This document shows positions 51,101 to 64,000 of a stretch of 64,000 nucleotides of DNA, piece by piece. Source of the stretch: Podarcis bocagei (taxonomy: Eukaryota); NCBI GenBank assembly GCA_964188305.1, contig OZ076890.1; one strand, 5' to 3'. A program made the translations under genes and the position numbers. Position 1 is the first letter of the stretch. Each line of letters begins with the position of its first letter. The notes beneath the pieces were generated by a model. That model worked only from the letters and a program-made list of their open reading frames with translations. It ran no database searches and had not been told where the DNA came from.

Positions 51101-53125
51101 CATGGCGCATATGCTTTTCACAATTCTTATCTGACGGATCTTTCCCACATCGCCGTGCAGAAAGAATCGTCTGAAGTCACTTACCCTATATTTGCTTGCA
51201 TTTTAAAATAAATGCAAAACTGCTGCCACGCCTTTGGCTTCCCAAGACAGCAGGGATTTGAGCCGGGATCGCTGGAATCCGGGCCACTTGCTTCTTTCTC
51301 GATCGAGCAACCCGGGGTCCGCTTCTGATTCGCTTCGCTTGCAGGTTTGGCCACTAAGCGAAGATAAATGGCATTAACCTAACTACCCCTTTGTCTATCG
51401 CTTTGTAAAATCTAAGGCAGAAACCCCCTTTAATCGGCGAGTTAATACAAATACTATTCTTGGTGTCAAACAACAAGGGTTGGGGAGGTGAGCGCGCGCC
51501 CGTTCATTTTGGGGAGAGGTAAGCGCCTAAATCAGGCAGAAACGGCGCAGACGGTTTAGGTAGGTTTTGGACTGCCTTCCCAACAACATGGCAAATGGAG
51601 ACATTCCGACATCGGTTCCTACTACCCCAATCCCGAGAGTTCGGGCTGGATTCAGTGAAATGTTCTCTGGGAGAATCGGGGCCCTTAAAGAGATTGTTAG
51701 TTGTTCTTGTTGTAGGCCGCCTGGAGAACGGTTTTGCGGAAAGGCGGCTCTGCAGAGAAATTGTGGACACAATCCGATCCTAACAAAGGGCCGGCTCAGC
51801 CCGAACCCCGCGCGCTTTTACTCCAAAGTGAGTTTCCCTACTCAAAGCTCTTCCATTCATCAGAAACCGGCCCTTTTCTTCCATTTCGTTAGCCGAAGTT
51901 AGCTAACTACTAATTAACTGGGAAAGTAAAGGTCCATTTCCTGTGTGTGGGGGGGCCCTCTCACCTCACCGCCCCCCCCCGTCCTTCCATCCTGCCTGCT
52001 GCAAACCCCAGGCGGTGGCGCGCCAGCGGCTGAAGCCGCCAAAGCGCCGGCCCGCCAGAAGCGCATCTAGCAGTCCGCGGAAAAGATTCGCGGCGGGCTC
52101 CGCGTAAATGCGCCCAGACCTCGCCGCCATTTTACAGCAGCTGCTTCCCTCGCTTCCTTCCCCATCTAGACGAGGACCCTGATCTCTTTAGCAGACGCGG
52201 GCGGCTGTCTCCGGCCGTAACAAAGCCGGTCCCTGTGCGCTTTTCTTAGCAGGGTATATTTCACCTTCTCCTTTCCTGATGAAGCTCATTTCCAAAGGCT
52301 GGTGCCTCCTGTCCCCATCCTGCTTCGCTGGACTTAAAAGCCACCCCCTTAAAAAAAAGACATTATTTTTCCTGGGGAGAGGGGATAAATGGGAATCGCG
52401 TGGAAAAGATAGAAAACATAACTTTACGCTCTGAATCTCGCACCAAAGTCATCTCTCCTTCGGTGTGTTTAGAGCCGGGGCTTGCTTTCCTTTTTGGGTG
52501 GGTGGGTAATAAAATCCTGTCCCCAAACTCTATAAAATGGAACAAGAGCTGCTGTACCATAAAGTATTCTCTCTGTCCAAACCGGGGACACCATATATCA
52601 TATAATAAATAAACGCCACTTGATAATAATTATTAGAGATCGGGGAGCCGGAGTAGACAAGCAGCTGCGCCGGAATCAGGGAACAAAACTCTGCTAATTT
52701 CTTCGCAATTTGTCAATTGCGGGCGGACTTGGAGATCCTTGCTCCGACGTCCCAAACGGAGGAGTTTGTTCTTTCCTGCCTTACACAGTCGGATCCTGTA
52801 TATTTCATCTGTAGCGCGAAATGCCCTGGAAACGTTTGCTTTCAAGGGATTTCCTTCCAAGTTAGGGAGGTGCACACGGCAGGGAAGGTCATCGTAGTAG
52901 TAAGTCCTGCTGACATGAATTATTTGGAAAATGCAATAAGAGTTCTATTTGCTTTTAGGATGGAGGTGCGTTTGGTGAGGATCCTAACTAAAGATGTCGC
53001 CTGAGAAATAAATCCCATTGAGTTCAATGTGCTTGACTCTCTAGAAGTACAGTTTTACTATTGCTCTTGGGTCCTTAACATAACTGCTTGGAGCGTGTTT
53101 GCTGCAATGGCTAAAGGGCCGGGAG

Positions 53126-53314
53126 CATAGGAGCCAACTCCTAGGGGCCGAGATCCCTTCGCTTCCTCCCCAATAAAATATTTGAGGGGGCTGCCACCCC
53201 CCAAAGTTGTTGGGATTCCTGTTCAAATGCTGCGCGCGCCCACCGTCTTGTGATCGATTATGCGCGGCTTACCTGGTCCCCTCCCCCAATATTTTATTCA
53301 AGTTGGCACCCCTG
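53126..53314. mobile_element. hAT-type MITE
   Basis: TIRs CATAGGAGCCAACT / AGTTGGCACCCCTG. 8-bp TSD GCCGGGAG / GCTGGGAG (7/8 match). Confidence 0.75.
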
Positions 53315-56300
53315 GCTGGGAGTGATTTCAGCGGGTCCGAAGCTGCGATCTCTCACAGGTTTACTTAAAAGTCTAAGCAGCGCTGAATGCAAGGAAACTT
53401 GGGTAAATTTGTCCTAACGAAGGTGCTCTCAGTTTTACAGTATGCGCTGGAATCCACGAGGTTCACTTTCAAGCAGCTTTGAATGATCCTATGTGTTCTG
53501 ATTTCAGTCCCCTTCATTTTAGTGGCACCTACTTCCAGGTTAGAGCAACCACAACAACCCTTAAGAGCCTCTTGTCCCTCTGCGCACTTAACTTGGAGGC
53601 AGCCCCAATGGGCTTACTTCCGAGTAAACATACAATGGGTTGAAATGGCACAGTCCCTAAGCGATCCTCCTTGGGAACGTCCCATTGAACTCAGGGAGGC
53701 TGACTTCTGAGGAAACCGGAGCAGGAGCGGGCATTAAACGACCGTGGGGGTGCTTTGAAACTCGCCCCTTTATTTGTGGCTATTCCAGGCCAAAGGCAGC
53801 GAACTCCGCTGACTTGAATGAAGCCATCTCTCAGGAACATTTCGCTTTCTCTAATAACTAGGCAGAGAATCGGGACCTTCGGTGGCGATTGCGATGTCCC
53901 CCACCCCAAGGGAGCCTGCTGGGAGGGTGACCTGAGATGGCAATTTTGCTTTGGAGCTGCTGCCTATTTATTATCTCCACCCCCCACCCCCCCACCCGGG
54001 AAAACTGACTCCCGCCGCAGCGCGACAATATCAAGGGGCGGTGGAAGCGTGAGCCCCAGATGCCTGCCAGCTCTCCTGACCCGGGTAAGCTAAGATCTGA
54101 CCTTCACATTAACACGTTAATAGAAGGAAAAAGCCGGCCCAATAGTTTTATGCGAAGAAACGCGGAGACTTTCAAAGTCCGGGGAGCCGGAGCCTGTTTA
54201 CTTTTCCTCGACTCCTGGCTTTTCTTTCGCTTGGGAACCCATGTCTCCATGTAACAGAAACAATGTTTGGGCAAAGCCTGCACAAACAAGGAGAGGCCGG
54301 TTTACAAGGCTTAAGGAACCGGCTTTTGTGCTCCCTTTCCATTCTGAAAACTCTCTTTATACCATCCCCTTTTCTGCGCCCCTCTCCTCGCCCCCCCCAT
54401 CCGCTCCCCAGCTTCTCCCTTTTCCTGGATCTTCCGCCACATCCCGACTTCAGGTCAGGATTCCTTTCCAGCTTTCTGCGATGAGAAAAAAACAACGATC
54501 TCCTTCAAGACACCAAAGCGATTACGGAAAGCGAAGCTAACCTAGAAAGCCAGGCACTGATGGCAAAAGTGCCCTTTGGGGTTGCTGTGCGCCTATAATA
54601 TATACACACATCCCTCCCACCCCTTCAAATAATTCCGGGAAATGTAGTTTAAGGGAATTAGAGCATTTTGAGGGTGAGTTACGGTTCCCGGGATTCTTGG
54701 GTGTGTGCGTGTGGCGATGTGCTTTCAATGTATGGCTGCGTCAATCGACCACTTCTTGAGCCACTTTGATTTTAAAAATACAAGCTTGAAAAATGTGCGC
54801 ATCTTCCCCTCCACTGAATTCAATAGGGGAATCAAGACGACGCTCGCATTTCTCCCGTTGGCTTGGAAGTCAGTCTAGCGGGCGAGGGAGACTGCGTGGG
54901 ATCAGGCTGCCTTAGGGCTTAGCTGTGGCTGAATTGTGCCCTTTTGTAGTTATTCCGAGCCCACAATCCTGGATCGAAGCTGTTTTTGTTGTTGTTTTTT
55001 TAAAAAAGCATTTCCCTCAGAATTAGTAGGAGATGGCACGCAGACTTTCTGGAAAGGAAAGGGGCCGCTGAGATCAACTAAACGCCGCTCGACTTAACTT
55101 TCCAATTATTGCGTCAGTATTTCCATCGCAGGACTTCGTGCGTTTCGGGTTGCGATGAGAAAGCAGGAAGGAAGAAAAAAACCCGGCCCAGATGGACAGC
55201 ACCAGAAATCTCACTGGGAGCATTTGTGCTAAACCAGCTGCTAGCGATGAGGCTGAAAGATTTGTTTTCAAACCCGAAGGTTGCAATGTTGTGGACAGCG
55301 TACGGCTTGGACCACCTTATCCTTTACAGATCATGAATGGTTGGGATTCCTTCACTGTGTTGGCATCAGATGTGTTTGTCAACAAATCATTCTGATTCCA
55401 TTTTATTTTAAGGAAAGCTGACCAGAGCAAGTTATTTGTTGGCTGGAGAAGAAACCATGATGTGCTTATGCTCTGTAACCCTGTAGAAGCAGTTTTGTTC
55501 CAGGGAACCCAACAGTCCATCAATGGTGTGCAGATTCCACTGCTAACACTGGCAGGTGGTGCCTGCCCTCTGCAGAAGCAGCTCATGAAACCATGTGGAG
55601 GCCACCTTGGTCACAGGTAGGCCATCTGCAACAGGACTCTCAAAATGCCACAGTTGCCTTGAGTGGGCCTTTGGCAGATTCAAGGCCAGGTCAAAGTGCT
55701 TCCCAGCCAGTAGCAGCGGAGAAAAGGGTGATGACGTGGTCCCAGCATTTTTTGTGCTGCATCACATTTGTGATATCAAGAGACACACATTACAGGATGC
55801 TGTGGACATTCCTGGCATGTTCTGCTGCCAGCATATAATGAGAACTAGCACAGGGATGCAAGAGATGGCAGCATGCAACTTCCTATTTCCTTGTGAGAAT
55901 TTTTGGACGTTAACTGTTCTGTATTTGTTTTTATAAATGAAATTAACTTTTAAAAATAAAAAGTACCTTTTGGCAAACAAGATTAGCTACACATGAAAGT
56001 CATGCACAATGCATTCATTTGCACTAATTTGATTAAAAGCGCACATAAATCACAGAACATAATGATAACAGCAGAAGGCTCCCAACTGACTGCCTACTTC
56101 CCTTCAGACCTAGGATGCCACAATTTATGCTTTCCAGCATTTAGAGAAAATCTTTTTATAAGCAAACTTTAAATGTAGTAGGAAGCAATGTTTTCTTCTC
56201 TCTTTTTTTGGAAAGTCTATTTCTTTGCCTCCAATCAAGCCTCAGAGGCACCAATGCATTTAGGAGAGCAAGAAGTCTATCCACAACTATATGCGAGTTT

Positions 56301-56893
56301 GTTTAATGTGGCCTCAGTGAGTGAAAGAGAAAAATAAAGGGCTGACTCTTTGCATGAGTCTCTGGGGAAATCCTTCACACATGTAACTAATTTGAAATCC
56401 ATACTTCATAGGTAGATTACAGTTCAAATCTGGCAAGCTTTGCCCTCCCCGCCAACTCTTCCTTTGGCCAATATCAGGTCGTGACTCCTGGGGCTGAGAC
56501 AACAGGTGCGACCTCAATAATGCTCAGGAAATTGCCAATCAGTTTCAGGTAAGCAAACCATTCTTCCTTTCTACTGAGGCAACCTATCTCTGAACAGAAT
56601 CGGGATGGAGTTGAAAGTGTAGCATTAATTGACTACTTCTTTTTATCTCACTTTTATTACACCGGGATAATAAGGAACTCCATAAAACTGTGTGATGCTT
56701 GACTAACCTTGCTTCACCTACGATGGATATAACAGCCCAGTCATATACAGAGGCAGGCGTGTCTGCCTTCACCGATCTCTGTGGGCTTCAGCAGACCTGA
56801 ATCTGCAGCACTTTCCAGCCAGGTGAAGAGAAATGTCAGAAGAAGGCAACGAGAGGGAGCAACGGCCATTTTGCATGCAACGGAAGTTGGAGC

Positions 56894-57317
56894 CAGAGCC
56901 ATCTTTTCCATAGGGCTTAGTGGTGCGTTGCGCCAGGGTGCCGGCCTCTCAGGGGCGCCCCAGTGAATGGGGGAGCTTTGCGGCTTTGCCGGCGGCCTCC
57001 CCTTTCCCTGAATGCCCTCCAGTTGTGCCCCACCAACCATATGACTGGCGGGTGTGCAGCTTGCCTCCCAAGCCTCTGCGGGAGGAGAGCGATCCCTGCA
57101 AAGCCTTAGGATGGAAGCTGTGCCCCACCAACTATATGGCTGGTGGGCGCGCAACTTCCCTCTCAAGCCTCTGCGCGGATTGCTCTCCTGCAGTGGCATG
57201 GTGGAGAGTTGCCCCCCCAATGGCTGGCAGTTTCATGCCTCCCCACTATCCGTGGTAATTTGGGGGCACTTGGCGGATATTTGCACCCCGGTGCCACATC
57301 TGCTAAAGATGGCCCTG
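56894..57317. mobile_element. hAT-type non-autonomous element, GC-rich with an internal duplication
   Basis: TIRs CAGAGCCATCTT / AAGATGGCCCTG. TSD GTTGGAGC / GTTAGAGT (6/8 match). TGTGCCCCACCAAC...AAGCCTCTGCG block occurs twice. Confidence 0.7.
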
Positions 57318-60300
57318 GTTAGAGTGCCATTTCAGAGCAATGCATTTTGTCTCAAAGACATCTAGCCATGTGACACTGACACAAAAGCTTACACTATGCA
57401 AAAGAATGAAAGATCATTACCCCCATGGGGGCTGGGGGGCAGCTGCCCCCCTAAAACAAGTCAATATTTAAAAATACTCACGTCACAGAACCCGAAGCAA
57501 TGTCGTCGGTGTTTTTATACATCTACTTTATCCCCAGGACCCTTCCTTCTCATACAGGCTCATGGGTGGTTAAAAAGTTCAACATATCTTGTCTCACATA
57601 AGAAAAAAGCAATATAAGCAGATACAATTCACATATACATTTGACACATCAAAGATCTGCTGCACACGGACAGAAGGTTGATATTAAACCAAAGCACAGA
57701 TTTGCAGTTGTGGGGTATTCCCCTAGTAGTGCCCTAAACATAAAGTTTCATTCCCACGCTGCTAACAGTGCATGTGGCTTGTACTTGCTTTGGGGCTGTG
57801 ACTGTGGATGTCAACCTGTTTAGTGTTGTCATTTAAAGATGTAATACAAGGCTTTAGAACTGCTTGCCAAGCGAGGCTTGGCTAGCACTATCTTTGATGA
57901 CCTTCTGCTGGCCGACAAAGAGATTTTTATTTAAACAAGCCTTTCGCCCATAAACTGACACAGGTAATTTTGTGTGAGTTAGTTTGGTTTTAAATGATTA
58001 TTTGTTTGATTGTATTGATGATTACCTGCTTTGTTTCTTTTGTTTTGAATTATATTGTGGTTTTATTTTATTTGCATCCTTGCCAATAGGTGTAATTTGG
58101 TGGAAAGTGGGGATACAATGTAAGCAAATGATGATGATGATGATGATATATGTCTATTGATATTAATGCTGTGTGTTAGTCACAGTATAGTCACTATACT
58201 ATATACTCTTGAGCACAGTGCTTTGCAAGTCATGACAGCTGATCAGTGGTGTCTGTAAACCTGCTTTGGCCCAATCACATCTGATCTGCCATGCTGCCAC
58301 TCACCTGATGCTATATATGACCTGAGATGAAGGGCAGATGGCTTGGCCAGAGTGGTCTTTTGAGCAAAATGGGGAGGCTTCATTAGGCCCACAGTCTGGA
58401 TATTTCCAACCCTGAGTGCAGTGAATCATGTTGGATACTTCTTTACAGCGATCTTTATTTTTCCTCTAAACTAAGTGACTTTTTGAATCTTCCTCTCCCC
58501 TAGCTTGCTTTGAGCAATAATGCAATTATATCCACAGGAGTCCTACTAAAATACAGAAGACTCACTACCTGTACAGTGGCAACCATACACAGTGGGCAAT
58601 TTGATGGGGCCAAGGTCACACAAAGGGCCTTTCAGGGTCACAGTCTGTGGATTTACTGTTGTGTAGATTTTTAAGCTATATGCACATTACTAGCTTAAAA
58701 CACAGCCAGGTCATTCTTTTGCTCAATTTGGATCAAAGATGGTTTGTGGGGGAATGCATCGAAACACAGTATTTCACAAGAAACAACAGGGCAGATGCAG
58801 GATAGATATGGATGGTGGCTAATGTTGTGCGTACACAACTTTCCAAATTGGCTGTGGGAATGCCCTGGACGACGAGTAATTGGGAGCATGTACACAGCCT
58901 TAGTTGCACTCAGCTATGTATGCCATTGTGGAATTCTTTGCTGTGTCGATAAAATTCAGCTTGCAAGATAATTTTCAAATGGCCAGTATGACTAGTTTGT
59001 AAAAGCCACCCTTTACTTGAGAAGCTGTAGGGAGCAGAGACGAGAAATATTCTCCTGGCATGCTGCTTTGCCACGTGAAGACTGGGTGCTCACTCACTCA
59101 AGACATGTAACATTTTTTTTGTATTTGTTGGAGACTATTAAAGCCAGAGGCCAGAAAATGCTAGTTGTTAAATAAAGGGAACCTTTACCATGGACTAATC
59201 AGTTTATTTGCATTTCTATATGGAGTGTGATACCCATGTAGTCACGCCAGAACAGTTGTCAGCATTGATGAATTAATTCAAAAGTATGACTTAAAACACC
59301 CCAGCACCAGCTTATGTGCAAATAGCATACATATTCAGTGCTACATTCTCAGGCCAAAATCCATCAATTGATTCTAGTTTTATATTTCAGCACTGAAATC
59401 AAACTCATACTATTTTGCTTGGGCCAAACTTGATTGTTTCGGTTAGGCCTGGTGCGTGATGAATATTCTGAAAGCATTACAAAATGAGACATTAATAATA
59501 ATTATCATGAGCAAACATTAGCCCCGGCTTGTTCAGGATGCAATGCTACACACACACATTTTAGCAGGAGTAGATAGTTTAAAAGGTGAAAACCTTTCTT
59601 GGGAGAAGGGGAGGCAATATATTAATCACAGGGAGGAAATTTCTAGGCTGAAGAAATAGGAAAAACGTACTTTGAAAAAGCACACACTGGAGTATTTTTG
59701 TTCCATTTGTCTGAAAACCTTTGAACACTTTGAAAGTCAATGTAAGTATTCTTCTAAGTGCTGTTCAGTGACTTAAGCAAGCTTTTTTATTTTTGTTTCT
59801 TTTACTCTTACCTTGAATGCACACTGTGAGTAATCTAGTGGGAATGAATAATAGATCTTTAAGGAATACAGAAGTTTTAATACAAACTTTTTCTTTCTCA
59901 ATTTATGGCCGTCATGAGGCTTTATACAATGGTTGTCATAGGAACTCTGGAAGTCATTTAAATAAAGGCAAACTTCATGACTTCTTTATTCATGATTTAG
60001 AAATGATGGATTTAAACTGTTGTTGATACATGATCATAGCTTGATTTGCCATGTTTTCAAGAGCATTAAAAAAGAATTAAATGCATGTCAGCCTTGGAAC
60101 ACCCTCTTAGAGGTTGCCCTAACATCCTGATTAAATGTTTTCAGTGTCTGTATCCAAAGCACGTTGTAAAACACCTTACAAAATCTGGGGTGTGTCACGT
60201 CTGATATTTTTATTTTGTGTCGCCTAGCTAATGCCCCCTGACGCTATCCTCTGCTGTATGTTTGTAATTTACTAGAAGTGGATCAGGGAAATTATGTATA

Positions 60301-60399
60301 GCCTTGGGTCAACGGGGGGTGGGTAGATGGGATGGGAGTGAGGTTGCCATCCCTATGATAGTAGGTAGAGGGTGATATGGAGGAGGGAGAAGGTATAGA

Positions 60400-61430
60400 G
60401 GGGAGGGAGAAGGGCTAGTTGTATCAAAGCCCTTGCCCCTTCTGCTTTGCCTGCTATATTTCAGAATCTGGGGGTGCCAGACAGCTGCCCTGTAGCCTGT
60501 TTTTGTTGATAAATGCCAGAGGAACAGATTGGGATGTTGTTAATGTACTCTTCACACGGTTGTGCTACAACCTCCCTAACCAAACTTGCAGGGGTAATTT
60601 TGGATGCTTTGTTGGACAGCCGTTTCCTGGTGGTGTTGCAGGACTTCAATATCCATGCTGAGGCTGCCTCAAACAGGCCAGCTTGGTGGTTCATGGTCTC
60701 TATGGGCAACCATGGGGCTGTTTCAGTATATCAGTGGTTCAACACACGTGGCAGGGCAGTCCCTAGACCTGGTCTTTGCAACAGGGTGGATTGGTAGTAC
60801 TCCATTGACGTGTGTGTTTGGGGCTTGCTGCGAGTCCATTGGTGAGGTTTGGGCTGAATGTAGTTACTCCATTTGGGGGTGGGGGACTCGCTGAGATGGT
60901 CTGCCCTCAGAGCCTGATAGACTCTGATGGATTCCTGAATGCTCTGGGGAATTTGCTGGCTGACATGGTTGGTGCTCATATTGAGGGCCTTGTCTCATTG
61001 AGGAAAGGGGAAATGCTCAGAGCCATTGACACAACACCTCCTGAATGCCTTCACTGTTGCTGTGGAGTATATAGCTCACATTGGTATTCCAGTGGCCTGT
61101 GTGTGATGAAACACAGTGGGGAGATGGTGTAATTCTCAGTCTGAATGTGGTAGCGGTGGCAGAGAAAACTTATTTCACCACCACCGTGTCTGCAAGTAGC
61201 TGTCAAGTACAGCTTTCCCAAGTGGCCTGATAACTTGGTGAGGCACTTTAGGGACAAAATCACTCAACTTCAGAGTTGGCTGCTACAAGTTAGAGCAAGT
61301 CCAGTGTGTCCGGAGTACTGTCTGTTCCATCTGTACTGGATTTGTCTCAGTTATTGGAGCCTGAGGATTGTGGACAAGTTGCTTGAAGAAGTGCAGTTGA
61401 CCACCAATCCCTTGACCATTGCTTCTTATC
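60400..61430 (+). mobile_element. Old L2-like LINE fragment (endonuclease region)
   Basis: Frameshifted pieces FLVVLQDFNIHAE and STHVAGQSLDLVF match the APE motifs GDFNIH and PTH..G..LDL; HFRDKITQL follows. Confidence 0.75.
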
Positions 61431-62384
61431 TGACTGGGCTCAGGTCCAGTTGCCAGCATCTCCAGGTAGGGCTGGAAGAGACACTTTCCTAAAAGGGGAA
61501 GCTGCTGCCTGTCAGTGTCAACAATTGGGGCTGGATGGGCCAATAGTCTGAATAAGGTACTCTCAGTGTTCCTATGGGATTGAAATGGAAACTTTTCTTT
61601 TCTTCTTTCCCAGTTTCTTGCATTTTCTTAAAATTGTACAAATATGTGATCCTATTAATAAATCATAAAAAAATACAAATGGTACACATTCATTCATAGT
61701 AGCCTGGGTACAAAGAATGTAAATAAAATCTCCCCCCCTCTCTCTCTCACACGTACCCTGAGCCCTGTCTAGGCCATTTATGATTCAACAATTCAAAAAG
61801 AAAGAGAGAGAGAGAGAGAGAATTGTATGCAGTCATTTAATAAATTTAAAAAAACACACAGCTTCCTAAGGGAGCACATTTTAGCTCTTGATCTAGAACA
61901 GTCTCACGTAAACAATGGTTCCATGGTGTTTACTGCATGCTATTATCTGTCTAAATACTGGGATTACTGTTTCCTTTTGTGTGGCAACTGGCTGGTGGTT
62001 CTCACTAATAGCCATTATTAGTAGCGGTGACACGTTAATTGAACTTTTCTGCTCCCATGTGTGTGGCACACTTCAAGGTCACACAGTGCACCGGAGTTTC
62101 ATGTGTATTCAATTACTGTAGCATTATGAAAGAATGTAACCTGTCATACATTAAAAAATATCACTTGCTACTCTGCATGGGATAGATGGTAACCTAAACC
62201 AATCAGCTTCTCTGACATAGTTGGTCTGTCTCTTGGATGCTGTAAAAAATTAAGGGAAGAAAGAGGATAAAAAAGTCAAATATTCTTCCACAAAACAGGG
62301 ATTAACAAGACTGATCTTCCATAGATATTTTGTGTTCTCCTCCATTCCATGTGTAAAAATAGTAATCGCTTGCATCCACCATAA

Positions 62385-62632
62385 GGCCCTATACATTTAA
62401 ACCAGCACCATACTGCTTTAAATAGTTGTGGCTTCCCCAAAAGCATCCTGGGAAATGCAGCTTGTGAAGAGAGCCCTTTCCCCCTCACAGAGCTACAATT
62501 CCTAGAGTTCTCTAGGAAGAGGAATTGATAATTGAAGTACTCTGAGAATTTTATCTTTGTGAAGGGAATAGTGGCCTTGACAGTTTAAAGTGGTATGGTG
62601 CCTCTTTAAAATATAACAGTGCAGATGGGGCC
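62385..62632. mobile_element. Palindromic non-autonomous DNA element (TACATTTAAA...GCAGATGGGGCC family)
   Basis: Imperfect inverted ends and internal inverted ACAATTCC/GGAATT blocks. Related pieces at ~27245-27655, ~36850-36990 and ~54590-54740. Confidence 0.55.
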
Positions 62633-62789
62633 ATAATCATTAGGTAGAAGGGATTCCTGTTGAAATCAGTATGATTTCTAAGCAATGAGTTTACCATGCC
62701 AGGAACATGCCAGGCAGTGTTGGACAGCATGGCAAACGTTCTCGAATAGCATCCATAACTTCTATAATCCATCTACTTTCTATAATTAT

Positions 62790-62970
62790 GTTGTTGTTGT
62801 TGTTTAGTCATTTAGTCGTGTCTGACTCTTCATGACCCCATGGAACAGAGCAAGCCAGGCACTTCTGTCTTCCACTGCCTCCCGCAGTTTGGTCAAACTC
62901 ATGCTGGTAGCTTCGAGAACAATATCCAACCATCTCGTCCTCTGTTGTCCCCTTCTCCTTGTGCCCTCCA
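62790..62970 (-). mobile_element. BovB (RTE) 3'-end fragment
   Basis: (CAA)n tail and TTAGTCGTGTCTGACTCTTCATGACCCCATGG...ATCCAACCATCTCGTCCTCTG. TSD TCTATAATTAT / TCTATAGTTAT at 62779-62789 and 62971-62981. Confidence 0.88.
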
Positions 62971-63539
62971 TCTATAGTTATAGCTCAACCTAAAAAATGC
63001 CCCTTCTGTGGAATGGGCTGCACTTGATAGTTCAATAAAAAGTTAGTACTGGGATATTCAGCAGTTTATTGCTCTCCCCCCTGGGCTGCTTGTCAGAGAT
63101 GTTGTTTTTGGGAATGGAGTGTAATATCTGCTTCCTTCCTAGATAGAAATGGCTGAGCAGAGTGTCCTATTCAAAATCAAGCCAGCCCTTAATCTCTTAT
63201 GGAGTGCAGGGAGATATATTTTTCAGACTAGTGCTAGGAATGTCCCCATCTGAAACCCTGGAGAGCTGCTGGCAGTCAGTAGACAATACGGAACTATGTG
63301 GTTTAAGCTGATTCCTTTCTTCCTATATATAACAGTTTAGAATTAGCGACAGTGTGAGAATCAACATTCAATGCAAGTGAAATTCAAGTTGGGAACCATG
63401 CCTGAATTATTTAAGAACTCCAAGTGAACAAAGAATTTGCTCAGATGAGGTCCAAATATGTATAAATTGTCCATCATCACATACGAGGTTTAAGGCAGGG
63501 GCATATATCTGTTTTCCCCAATATATTCTATAACATCTT

Positions 63540-63908
63540 AGGATGGGGATAAAATTGATTCAGTTCATATTTAAAGATGAACCTACCTAATTTGCACTTC
63601 CTGTAACAATATGGAATTCTGCAGCCATGTAATGTGTATAGAAATGCATAGTGTGCCTAAGAAGTATATATTAGTGGGAATAACATAGAAAAATGTATTA
63701 TATTGGGGAAATTTCTTTTAAAAATGTGTACAACAGGCAGAACTACATATAAATATGTGTATATTAGGAGAAATTTGCACTAAAATGCTGAATTCCCATG
63801 AATTCCCACTTTTAAAAAAAGTAAATTGATGTGGGAATGTGGAGAACTGAACTTCTGAAAAATGAGAAACTGAGAGAACCCAAAAATTACAGATTCACTC
63901 TTCCCTAG
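63540..63908. repeat. AT-rich interspersed repeat (AGGATGGGG...TTCCCTA ends); related copy at ~13975-14280
   Basis: Both loci share ATTTGCACTT and AAAATG(T/C)..TATATT-type blocks. Confidence 0.5.
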
Positions 63909-64000
63909 CCTTTAATAATTTAATAATGCACTGTGGACAATTAAACATGCCAAATTGGGTATCAAAGAGGGCATTGAAGCCTAAATCAAATATTTGGAAT

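Overview
This is vertebrate genomic DNA, most likely from a lacertid lizard judging by its Sauria SINE, BovB, CR1 and L2 repeats. It holds the 5' part of SIM2 (bHLH-PAS transcription factor) on the minus strand. Coding exons 1-6 (175/83/90/109/86/200 nt, all GT-AG, frame-consistent) lie between 44623 and 1241, and the gene continues off the left edge. About 19 kb of upstream intergenic DNA follows on the right. Intron 4 contains a full-length, apparently intact L1 retrotransposon (6609-12923) with an 11-bp TSD, two open ORFs, AATAAA and an A18 tail. It is in the same orientation as SIM2 and is nested in an old L2 RT fossil; a truncated L1 and a Sauria SINE sit next to it, probably within the same L2. 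ORF2 of this L1 has no in-frame AUG upstream of its first endonuclease motif; a CUG in strong Kozak context sits there instead. A roughly 30-kb CpG-retaining domain (about 24.6-55.3 kb) surrounds the SIM2 promoter. It lacks long LINE insertions but is densely seeded with short palindromic MITE-like elements. Nearly all other ORFs in the supplied track are spurious. I see no new multi-gene system; the best leads are the L1 features, the repeat cluster in the CpG domain and an overlapping uORF in SIM2.
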